From: a bacterium | GTDB taxonomy: Bacteria; SZUA-182; DTGQ01; JAFGSM01 | DNA: 43,869 bases | Assembly: GCA_049472315.1 (NCBI GenBank) | Contig: JBLIRN010000024.1 | Location: 1-43,869, forward strand | Reading direction: 5' to 3' | Program-made: the position numbers and the translations under genes | Shown here: positions 1 through 8,278 of the stretch, piece after piece | Layout of the letters: every line of letters starts with the position of its first letter | How positions within the stretch are numbered: position 1 is the first letter of the stretch | The notes under the pieces: model-generated | Seen by the model: the letters and a program-made list of their open reading frames with translations, nothing else | What the model was told of the DNA's origin: nothing | The model's database searches: none

Positions 1-928
<928 letters not shown>

Positions 929-930
929 CC

Positions 931-1296
931 ATGGAAGGATCACGACCCATAACACTGAGGATTATCACCCCGGAGAAGGTGATCTACGACGAGGCGGTGA
1001 ATCATGTCGTCCTTCCCGGTGTGGAGGGGGAGGCCGGTATCTTTCACCATCATGCCCCATTCATGACCTATCTGGTGCCCGGCAGTCTTCAGATACATCT
1101 TGAAAATCGTCGTATCATCCATATGAAGATTACGAACGGCCTCGTGGAATTCAAGGACAACCTCCTGACCCTCCTCACCACCAAGGAGATCTCCCAGGAT
1201 GAGATCTCCGTGACCGCGGTGGAGGAAAACCTGCAGGAGGAGGAAATGCCTGCTGCGGGTGCAGGAATAGACAAGGAACAAAAAACAGAGGCATAA
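931..1296 (+). CDS. atpC: F0F1 ATP synthase subunit epsilon
   Basis: Directly follows atpD. N-terminal beta-sandwich pattern LRIITPEKVIY..VVLPGVEGEAGIFHHHAP. Confidence 0.93.
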   Translation: MEGSRPITLRIITPEKVIYDEAVNHVVLPGVEGEAGIFHHHAPFMTYLVPGSLQIHLENRRIIHMKITNGLVEFKDNLLTLLTTKEISQDEISVTAVEENLQEEEMPAAGAGIDKEQKTEA

Positions 1297-1320
1297 CATC
1301 CCCACAAATACGCATGCAAT

Positions 1321-1354
1321 ACAAGACCCGCAGGATGTCTCCTGCGGGTCTTGT
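1321..1354. terminator. Hairpin between convergent atpC and Gly-rich gene, probable terminator
   Basis: Perfect 15-bp inverted repeat ACAAGACCCGCAGGA-tgtc-TCCTGCGGGTCTTGT. The U-tracts are weak. Confidence 0.7.
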
Positions 1355-1428
1355 GCATTACCATGTTTCCTGCTGCCGTCTAAGTGCTGATGCCGGGAAA
1401 TCCGTTCAAGCACAAAGATGACGTCTTG

Positions 1429-2214
1429 TTACAAAATCGATGACAACCACCAGGGCCCACCTACACCTGTTTGAAACCACCAGGGCCCGCCGACGCCCGT
1501 TTGAAACCATACGGGTCCGCCGACACCGCTCACAAACCAGGGGACGCCCGCGCCGAACCCCGCCGCTCCAAAGCCGGTAACCCCGGGTGCGGCAAACCCT
1601 CCCACCCCGGGAGCGCCCGCTGCCCCGAGGCCGGTCATGACCGCCGCTCCGAAGCCGCCCGCTGCACCGGGTGCGACTACACCGCCGACACCCGGTGCGC
1701 CGAATGCACCGGCGCCGCCGGCCATTAACGCAGCCGCAGCACCGGGACCGACGACACCGGCTCCGCCGAGACCTGCCATCAATGCCGCGCCAAACGCGCC
1801 AAGGCCTGGGGCACCGAAGGCCCCGGCACCGGGTGCGCCAAGTGCTCCTGTCACACCGGTTGCCCCGAATCCGGGCGTGCCAAAGCCGGGTGTACCAAAA
1901 CCGGTCGTGAGGACGCCGAAGGCCCCGAACCCGGGTGTTCCGAATCCAGGTGTGCCTGTGCCTCCGGCGCCAATGGCGGCCATTAGACCGGCAAGGCCTC
2001 CGGCGCCTGGGGCACCCAGACCGCCGACACCCGGTGCCATAAAGCCGGCGGCACCCAGACCGCCGAATCCGCCTCCGACACCTGGTGCACCAACAACTGT
2101 TGTGCCGATACCGGGAGCCAGCATCTGGCTATGCCCGGCTGTGGCGACGATAAACACGGCCGAAACTATGATAACCGCGATTGTCAATACTCCCCTCGAT
2201 ACGTGTGAATCCAT
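1429..2214 (-). CDS. Secreted Gly/Ala/Pro-rich elastin-like low-complexity protein (261 aa)
   Basis: ATG at 2214 after G-rich RBS GGTGGGGGGAAGAAA. Hydrophobic signal peptide ends ..TAGHS-Q. Mature part is ~35% Gly with no charged residues, XPGXG repeats and C-terminal GVGGP(W/V)W repeats. Confidence 0.8.
   Translation of the reverse strand: MDSHVSRGVLTIAVIIVSAVFIVATAGHSQMLAPGIGTTVVGAPGVGGGFGGLGAAGFMAPGVGGLGAPGAGGLAGLMAAIGAGGTGTPGFGTPGFGAFGVLTTGFGTPGFGTPGFGATGVTGALGAPGAGAFGAPGLGAFGAALMAGLGGAGVVGPGAAAALMAGGAGAFGAPGVGGVVAPGAAGGFGAAVMTGLGAAGAPGVGGFAAPGVTGFGAAGFGAGVPWFVSGVGGPVWFQTGVGGPWWFQTGVGGPWWLSSIL
1445..1534 (-). repeat. Three tandem 30-bp coding repeats encoding (FQT)GVGGP(W/V)W
   Basis: + strand units start at 1445, 1475 and 1505 (AACCACCAGGGCCC..GTTTGA). 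Units 1 and 2 differ only at synonymous positions. Confidence 0.85.
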
Positions 2215-2862
2215 TTTCTTCCCCCCACCCTTGAGATTAGAGTTTGTACCATACAACCAAAGGAAACCATGTATAGTGATTTTACTCTATGGAACTCACC
2301 TCCCTTCCGATGATTGGATGGCTGTCCCCCCCCGTAAGTCCCACATCCCCCGGAGGCGCACGGCTCTAGAGTCAATGACTCTGCCGATGCCTTCAGGAAA
2401 AACAATGTATTCGGTTCTTCATCCGCAGTTTCTGGACGGCAATGAATTGCCTTGGGTCATTTCGAAAAATGGGACCATGCCATAGACTACCGAATCCCTG
2501 CTATAAGAGAGCTGATATATGTCTTCAAACAACTTTATGAATATTTTGGCATATTACTATATTCTTTTGTTTCGCAGCAGGGCAATTATTGAACCCAATG
2601 GTGAGATGAGAACGTTAACAATTGAATGGATAGATAGTGAGAGATTATAATCATTACACTGCCCTGGCTGCCTGTCATGCAAAACAGGAAGCAGAAAAAT
2701 GCGCGAATCAATAATGATAATTGAACGATGCGTTACCGAAGACCTGACAGGGAAGATAGAAGATGAGACAAAGCAAACTAAAAAAACCAGCGGTGTTGTT
2801 TCGATCCAGTTAAGCGATGCCGGTATCATAGTGCCGCATTGACTTCACAGACCCTATTTGTA

Positions 2863-2890
2863 ATTCTACCATCTTTTGTTTTTTTTGCAA
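2863..2890 (-). promoter_or_regulatory. Putative sigma70 promoter upstream of the elastin-like gene
   Basis: Minus strand TTGCAA-N16-TAGAAT with extended -10 TG. Confidence 0.4.
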
Positions 2891-3017
2891 GGAAAATTCT
2901 TGCACATCTGAAAAAGATTGCATAAATTCTCATTCAATTTCAAATGGTTTTCAGTTTTTCGGATAAGTGTTCCCACCAATCAGCATAGGAAAAAGACGGG
3001 TGCATGGCCTCCCTCGG

Positions 3018-3051
3018 TTGACAGGGATGCCGGCACACGATATGGTACAAT
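3018..3051 (+). promoter_or_regulatory. Putative sigma70 promoter of pgeF
   Basis: TTGACA-N17-TATGGT, overlapping an extended -10 TGGTACAAT. Confidence 0.55.
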
Positions 3052-3193
3052 GCGTAGTGCCGGAAGGTCTCCGTCGCCTCTCATGAGGCTGCTGAGGCAT
3101 GAGACCGAAGGATCAATTCGAAGAACAGGAGGGAGGGGGATCAGCGCATTCCCTCACGGTGATTCCACATCCGGTCGCAGAGGCTCATGAGGC

Positions 3194-4006
3194 ATGAAGA
3201 GGATCCAAACCAGGTTTGCCTACTATCAGTTTTTATCCCTTCAGGATCACGCCGGGGGATTACGTCACCTCGTAACCACCAGGATCGGGGGGTGCAGTAA
3301 GACGCCCTACAATACGCTGAATCTCGGTCTTCATGTGGGGGATGCCGCAGGGGATGTCATCGGCAACAGGGAACTGGTGTGCGCCGAAATCGGGTATCCG
3401 CTGGATGCGATGGTTGCCATGCAGCAGAGTCATGGGGCACGAGTGCGGGTTATCGACGCCCCGGACAAGGGGAGAGGTGCCAGGGAGTGGGGGGACGGTA
3501 TAGAGGACACCGACGGCATGATTACCGGAACGCCCCACGTGATCCTTGCGGGGATGTCTGCAGACTGTGGGGTAAGCCTGCTCTACGATCCGAACGAGAG
3601 GGTGATCGGAGTGGTTCACAGCGGATGGAAGGGGATCGTCTCGGGTGTTTTGAGAAACGCGGTTGGTACCATGGTCGATGTATTTTGCTGCAGGCGCGAT
3701 GACATCCTCGCCTGCATAGCGCCAACAGTCTGCGAGCGGTGCTACGAGGTGGGAGAGGATCTGGTGGCGGCATTCGAGGGGGCGTTTCCCGGACGCATTG
3801 ATTCACTCCTTGCAAAAACGGAGAAGGGATCGCGATCAATCAACATGGTGCAGGCGATGCGGATGCAGTTCGGCGATGAGGGCATCCTTCAGGATCGCAT
3901 CGAGGCCGCCCCTCTGTGCACCGCATGCCGAAGTGACGAGTTTTACTCTTATCGCAGAGAACATAAAGAAACGGGAAGGTTCGGGCTTTTCGCCGTTTTG
4001 GTATAG
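3194..4006 (+). CDS. pgeF: Peptidoglycan editing factor PgeF / YfiH laccase-domain protein
   Basis: Motifs TTRIGG, LNLGLHVGD, QSHG, SADC, HSGWKG, CYEVG, CTAC and FYSYRRE. Confidence 0.95.
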   Translation: MKRIQTRFAYYQFLSLQDHAGGLRHLVTTRIGGCSKTPYNTLNLGLHVGDAAGDVIGNRELVCAEIGYPLDAMVAMQQSHGARVRVIDAPDKGRGAREWGDGIEDTDGMITGTPHVILAGMSADCGVSLLYDPNERVIGVVHSGWKGIVSGVLRNAVGTMVDVFCCRRDDILACIAPTVCERCYEVGEDLVAAFEGAFPGRIDSLLAKTEKGSRSINMVQAMRMQFGDEGILQDRIEAAPLCTACRSDEFYSYRREHKETGRFGLFAVLV

Positions 4007-4032
4007 GGATGCGGCTGCAAGGAAGCAGCCGC

Positions 4033-4212
4033 TCATTTTTGCATGTAAGGCAGGCCCGTCATCCATATGTTCGGGATGCATTCAGATTCTTCCAATTCCT
4101 CGACCAAGGCCCTGTACTTCTCATGGATCATCTTGCGGTCAAACTCCCAAAACTCCTCCAGCATGGCTTGGTCCTCATCCTCGGTGACGTATGCCCTGGA
4201 TGCCGGGAAGAA
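4033..4212 (-). pseudogene. 3' remnant of a hemerythrin (HHE)-domain protein gene
   Basis: Reads FFPASRAYVTEDEDQAMLEEFWEFDRKMIHEKYRALVEELEE, matching from memory the C-terminus of a hemerythrin-like family. In-frame TGA at 4219-4221 just upstream, and the N-terminal part is absent. Confidence 0.65.
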
Positions 4213-4298
4213 TGCGCATCAACTAACTTGCCGGCAATGAAAAAGGATCGCGCGTTTCGTGCCAGCTAAGCAGGTCAGAGCGGATGCCTTTGCTGGTT
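4213..4298 (-). other. Degenerate attC-like site downstream of the methyltransferase
   Basis: Minus strand AACCAGC-AAAG-GCATCCGCTCTGAC ... CTTAGCTGGCA/TGCCGGCAAG stem ... GTTGATGC. R' is lost at the junction with the hemerythrin remnant. Confidence 0.45.
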
Positions 4299-4928
4299 CT
4301 TTACAGCCGAAATCAGTTTAGAAAAAAGATAATTTTCAATTTCTATGGTGTGCAATCCGGCATGCCTCAAGATCTCTTTCCAATTATAATTTAAAAATTG
4401 AGATATGTGACTGGATTCAAATATCCTTAAAAAAACTGAAAGTATACTATTTTTGAGCATCTTATCTTGCTTCTCATAATCAACAATATAAAAATGTCCT
4501 TTGCGTTTAAGGACACGGCGCATTTCCTGGATTGCCTTTATCATACAATCATAGGATAATCCATGAAGACCAAATGAAATCATAACAATGTCAAATTGTT
4601 CATCCCGAAAAGCAATTCGTGTTGCATCCATTTGATGAAATGAAATATTTTTTATCTTCCTTTTATGAACCTTTTTTTCTGCAATCTCAATCACATCCGA
4701 TGATACATCTATGCCGGTTATTTCATTTTTAGGATTACGCTTGGCGAGAAGAAGCAAACCATTAGCAGTACCTGTACAAACATCCAAAATTCTTAAAGTA
4801 TCATTTGGTATCTTGCAGGCTAAGGCATATCGCGGATTTGTATTTTTGTTACATGCAAATACCAATTCAAATAAATCATTTAATCCGGAAAGCAATTTGA
4901 ATGTAATGTGGTTACGAGATCTTTTCAT
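4275..4928 (-). CDS. Class I SAM-dependent methyltransferase (UbiE-like)
   Basis: Motif I ILDVCTGTA, then ITGIDVS, MDAT and FDIVMISFGLH..MRRVLK. Start moved to MKRSRNH. Confidence 0.85.
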   Translation of the reverse strand: MKRSRNHITFKLLSGLNDLFELVFACNKNTNPRYALACKIPNDTLRILDVCTGTANGLLLLAKRNPKNEITGIDVSSDVIEIAEKKVHKRKIKNISFHQMDATRIAFRDEQFDIVMISFGLHGLSYDCMIKAIQEMRRVLKRKGHFYIVDYEKQDKMLKNSILSVFLRIFESSHISQFLNYNWKEILRHAGLHTIEIENYLFSKLISAVKNQQRHPL

Positions 4929-4935
4929 CACTTGA

Positions 4936-5030
4936 AGACCACGACCGGGCGTCACCGGCCTCATGTCCGATGTCCTAATGCGGGCATTCACGGAGAGTTC
5001 GCCGGGTCCGGGGCGGATCCATTTATTCGT
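4936..5030 (-). other. Degenerate attC-like site between SnoaL and methyltransferase genes
   Basis: GGCGAAC (4997-5003) is complementary to GTTCGCC at the cassette start. Right arm GCCGGTGACGCCCGGTCGTGGTCT. Confidence 0.4.
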
Positions 5031-5454
5031 CAGGACCTACCGCCTTTACAGCCCCGATCTCCAGCAATGGACCCAGCATATTGGCTGCACCGCCGTGCTC
5101 GACGATCAGACCCTCGACAACGCGGTCAACGTTCACACCGGTGAAGGCCACAGACTTGCCGGTGGGTTTCATGCCCAACCATGACCCCTTATGAGTTCCT
5201 CGTGCCGTTATACACGTGACCACCCATTCGCCTTCGGCAATTTGTCGTTCAATCGCAATATGGAGGTCGGGGTAAGTCCGGCGAACACCAAGGATATGTG
5301 CCTTGGCTCCCTCAATACCCAAGACGTGTCTCTTGCCGTCATGAACCTCGGTATACTCCGGGGCTATGAAGCTCTCGATTGAGTCCAGCTTCCCCGTATT
5401 CACAATCTCCTCGTAGTAACGACGAACAAGCCGTTTATTTTTCTCAGATGCCAT
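5023..5454 (-). CDS. SnoaL-like ester cyclase (NTF2 fold)
   Basis: NKRLVRRYYEEIVN..YPDLH..IAEGEWV..GTHKGSWLGMKPTGK. Start at MASEK. Confidence 0.9.
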   Translation of the reverse strand: MASEKNKRLVRRYYEEIVNTGKLDSIESFIAPEYTEVHDGKRHVLGIEGAKAHILGVRRTYPDLHIAIERQIAEGEWVVTCITARGTHKGSWLGMKPTGKSVAFTGVNVDRVVEGLIVEHGGAANMLGPLLEIGAVKAVGPDE

Positions 5455-5474
5455 GATACACCCCATAGCTTCTT

Positions 5475-5551
5475 GGCGAACGTGAAGATCGGCCGCCTCA
5501 CGCCCACCTCTAAAATGCCCCCACAGTTTCACGGCGGCGGGTAGCTTCTGA
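5475..5551 (-). other. attC-like site (right arm recognisable) between TPM and SnoaL genes
   Basis: Minus strand ..GGCGGCCGATCTTCAC-GTTCGCC gives an L'-spacer-R' layout. The left arm is eroded. Confidence 0.5.
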
Positions 5552-6541
5552 TTACCAACCACCGCTGGCCCCCCCTCCACCAAAACTTCCGCCGCCTCCG
5601 CAAAAACTCCCTCCAACACCAGCGATTCCATGGAATCCATCATAGAAGGTCCCATAGACACGGTATGCATGACGAAAATCGGTAAAGAAGGTCGACCATA
5701 GGTCTTCCATAGTATGATGCGCTAAAAGTATAATCCCCCCCAAAAATAGACTTCCTGCATAAAATATCATCGTCATAACAAAAATATCATCGTTTTGATT
5801 TGTCATCAATATCTTGAACGTTACAAAATGCATAACGGCCGCAACAGCGGGAAGTATAATATTAGGAAATAGAGGAAATTTTGAGTTATCCTCTTTGTTT
5901 TTGAATTGAAATATAAAAATAAAGCGCAAAGTCTTGAAAATCCCCACAGCCATCCAGAAAGCTAGTAAACCAGATAAGACGGATACAATAATAAGCCATG
6001 TGATAAAAGAATCCGTACTATCATCTGTAGTTACCCGAGATATATATTCATCTTTTGTCGCCTCTATAATTGCATTAAGACCATTTTTTATTCCAAAAAG
6101 ATTATAGCCCCCTTTTAAAAAAGGTGCTATCGTATCTCGAGCAATAGATCCACAAAGTCCATCCGGCAAAGCACCCTCTAAACCATAACCCACCTCTATA
6201 CGAACCTTTCTTTCTTGCTTAACAATCAATATAATGACACCATTATCTTTTCCCTTTTGGCCAATTTTCCATTTCTCGGCGATACGTATAGAGTAATCTT
6301 CTAAGGCATTACCCCCCAATGTATCCATGGTGACTACTACTATTTGATTTGATGAGGCCTTCTCATATTCTTCCAGTAAGCTTTCCATCTGAATTTCCTC
6401 GTGCGAAGTCAGCATGTCTGCAAAATCATTAACCCTTCCAATAAGTTCAGGAATGCTTTGATCTGCAAATGTCTTGATAAAAATAGTATTGAAAAGTAAG
6501 AGCATTAAAAAGAATATTATAAATAGGCGTGTTTTTTTCAT
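5552..6541 (-). CDS. TPM domain (YgcG family) membrane protein
   Basis: GRVNDFADML, WKIGQKGKDNGV, RIEVGYGLEGALPD, TM helices and C-terminal GGGGSFGGGGASGGW. Confidence 0.93.
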   Translation of the reverse strand: MKKTRLFIIFFLMLLLFNTIFIKTFADQSIPELIGRVNDFADMLTSHEEIQMESLLEEYEKASSNQIVVVTMDTLGGNALEDYSIRIAEKWKIGQKGKDNGVIILIVKQERKVRIEVGYGLEGALPDGLCGSIARDTIAPFLKGGYNLFGIKNGLNAIIEATKDEYISRVTTDDSTDSFITWLIIVSVLSGLLAFWMAVGIFKTLRFIFIFQFKNKEDNSKFPLFPNIILPAVAAVMHFVTFKILMTNQNDDIFVMTMIFYAGSLFLGGIILLAHHTMEDLWSTFFTDFRHAYRVYGTFYDGFHGIAGVGGSFCGGGGSFGGGGASGGW

Positions 6542-6625
6542 TAAGGATTTATCTCAAGATTTAAATAAGTAGCCCAAATATTTAATCGGTAAGAACATTC
6601 ATTTTTGTTCAAAGCACATTGAAAG

Positions 6626-7174
6626 TTATAAGGTTTTTATCATAATTATATTATCATCAAATTCGCTTTTTCCGAATTCTTTTTCTTGTTCTTCTTTATT
6701 TATTATTCTTACATATTTAAAACCGGCTTTTTTATATGCGACAATTGCTCGTTTATTTCTAGCAGAAGGGCTTATTATGAAATTTGTAATACCGTAGGTT
6801 TTATGTATATATTTACAAAATGTATCAAGTGCGTTGCTTCCATAACCATGACCGCAATATTTTTCATCACTCATCCATATATCTAATACAGCCCTGTTTT
6901 TATTTTTATCAAGTAAATCATAACCGATTGTACCAATTTCTTCATTGTTTACAACGATAATATAGTTTCTTCCTTTACCATCTCCCGACGCATTAAAAAA
7001 GGATAAAGTATAATCTTCACAAAATTCTTCCCAAGATGGAATGGGATGATCTGGATATTCTGGCGGTCCCATCATACAGGAGGTTATATTAGATTGAGTT
7101 AGCCAATCATATATTTTCTTGCGATCCGATTCTTGAGCGGGTCTTAATTCAATTGTATCTCCATAGATTTTCAT
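6626..7174 (-). CDS. GNAT family N-acetyltransferase (RimJ/AAC(6')-like)
   Basis: LDIWM..YCGHGYGS (motif A) and SPSARNKRAIVAYKKAGF (motif B). Confidence 0.9.
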   Translation of the reverse strand: MKIYGDTIELRPAQESDRKKIYDWLTQSNITSCMMGPPEYPDHPIPSWEEFCEDYTLSFFNASGDGKGRNYIIVVNNEEIGTIGYDLLDKNKNRAVLDIWMSDEKYCGHGYGSNALDTFCKYIHKTYGITNFIISPSARNKRAIVAYKKAGFKYVRIINKEEQEKEFGKSEFDDNIIMIKTL

Positions 7175-7184
7175 TACTTATTTC

Positions 7185-7211
7185 TTATAACGTAACGCTT
7201 ATACGTTCTGC
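7185..7211 (-). other. Internally deleted attC-like site
   Basis: R'' GCAGAAC immediately after the antitoxin stop, fused to GTATAAGCGTTAC-GTTATAA (L'/R'). Confidence 0.55.
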
Positions 7212-7213
7212 CG

Positions 7214-7411
7214 TTACTTTAACTTGAGTTTTTTTACTACTTCATTAAGGGGTGTTGTAGGTAAATCTTTCGACCTTTCCTTTTCTTTTCTTAATTCTTT
7301 TAAATCTTCAAGATCTTCCAAAGATTCAAGAATTTTTAAAAACTCTTCGTAGGGCAAAATTACAAATTCTTTTTTGCCATCTTTTTCTATAATTTGGGGA
7401 TGAATAGTCAT
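7214..7411 (-). CDS. Putative type II antitoxin (Phd/YefM-like, acidic)
   Basis: IIEKDGKKEFVILPYEEF..LEDLEDL. Directly downstream of the RelE toxin gene with RBS GGAGG. Confidence 0.8.
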   Translation of the reverse strand: MTIHPQIIEKDGKKEFVILPYEEFLKILESLEDLEDLKELRKEKERSKDLPTTPLNEVVKKLKLK

Positions 7412-7420
7412 AACAGCCTC

Positions 7421-7669
7421 CTATTTATAAGCTTCTTTTCTATGACGGATTCGATAAACGATTATTTTATTATCGTCCACTTCGAAAAGGACACGCCAAT
7501 CTCCTACGCGCAGTCTGTATTCAGGCGTATAGTTTGTTAATCTTTTTACGTTACCCTGAAGGTCATCTTCAAGAAGGTTCAACTTCTCTATTATTCTTTT
7601 CCCTTCCGTTTTGGGTAAACCTTTTAAATCCTTAATAGCTTTTGGTTTTAGTTCAACATAGTATTTCAT
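7421..7669 (-). CDS. relE: Type II toxin, RelE/ParE family
   Basis: 82-aa basic protein with AIKDLKGL..YRLRVGDWRVLF..IRHRKEAY. Confidence 0.92.
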   Translation of the reverse strand: MKYYVELKPKAIKDLKGLPKTEGKRIIEKLNLLEDDLQGNVKRLTNYTPEYRLRVGDWRVLFEVDDNKIIVYRIRHRKEAYK

Positions 7670-7678
7670 TTTTTATAT

Positions 7679-7776
7679 GCAAAATGACCCAAGCTCACCG
7701 GCTTGTCGGCGCAATTGAAAAAGATCCGCACAACCACAGACCGGCCCGACAAGTCCGGTGCAGCGCGTGGTCCGCC
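7679..7776 (-). other. Near-complete attC recombination site with mutated R boxes
   Basis: GGCGGAC(R'')-CACGC-GCTGCACC(L'')GGACTTGTCGG..CCGACAAGCC-GGTGAGC(L')-TTGGGTC-ATTTTGC(R'). Shows the typical extra-helical bases between L'' and L'. Confidence 0.75.
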
Positions 7777-8230
7777 ATTTTGTTTTGTTTAGAAGAGTAC
7801 CTCTTCTTTTAAAACCTTAGGTCCTATGCTAACTCCTATTTTATGTGCGACTTCAGTGAAGATATTTTGGCGGAAGCATTTTCCCGAGATTTTGCCGATT
7901 GGTGATGAATGGCAAGGCTTCCTTACGTGCCGTGTAGAAAATCCTCTCCTTGTTTTCCCTCGTTACTTTGAACAAGATATAAATTTATCACAGTGGTTAT
8001 GGTTATCAACAAAAAATTATCAGGTCGGAATAAGAATGTCAAGGCAGGTTTGTTATTTTAATAACAATTGGTTAGATATGGAGACATCGCAGAATGGGAG
8101 GCCTTTCTATGGTATGATAGGAATCAGGGTGCTCGTGCATGGCCGAGGAGTTACGAGGTGAGGGACGGGGGAAGGCAAGAACGGGCTCCAGGACTGTGCA
8201 GGGTTGGAGGAGGTCCTGGGAATTGGATAT

Positions 8231-8263
8231 AAAAAAGGGCGGCGGTTTCCCGCCGCCCTTTTT
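8231..8263. terminator. Rho-independent terminator (bidirectional geometry) after the 798-aa gene
   Basis: AAAAAA-GGGCGGCGG-tttc-CCGCCGCCC-TTTTT. Confidence 0.9.
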
Positions 8264-8278
8264 ATTCGATCGTATTGA

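Larger units (their letters stand above)
4213..7776 (-). mobile_element. Decayed integron gene-cassette array without integrase (CALIN-like)
   Basis: Six co-oriented, unrelated, mostly AT-rich genes separated by attC-like sequences, including a TA pair. No intI in the window. Confidence 0.7.

Noticed and set aside
1445..1534. 30-bp repeats as a CRISPR array
   Set aside because: No spacers; they are in-frame coding repeats, and no cas genes are present.
1637..2485. Pro/Ala-rich 282-aa ORF on the + strand
   Set aside because: Antisense shadow of the Gly-rich gene. The minus frame has the RBS, signal peptide and synonymous repeat variation.
4009..4269. 86-aa + strand ORF
   Set aside because: Antisense to the hemerythrin remnant and the attC-like site; no recognisable motif.
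7826..8161. 111-aa ORF or integrase/attI at the head of the array
   Set aside because: No tyrosine-recombinase motifs and no convincing attI.
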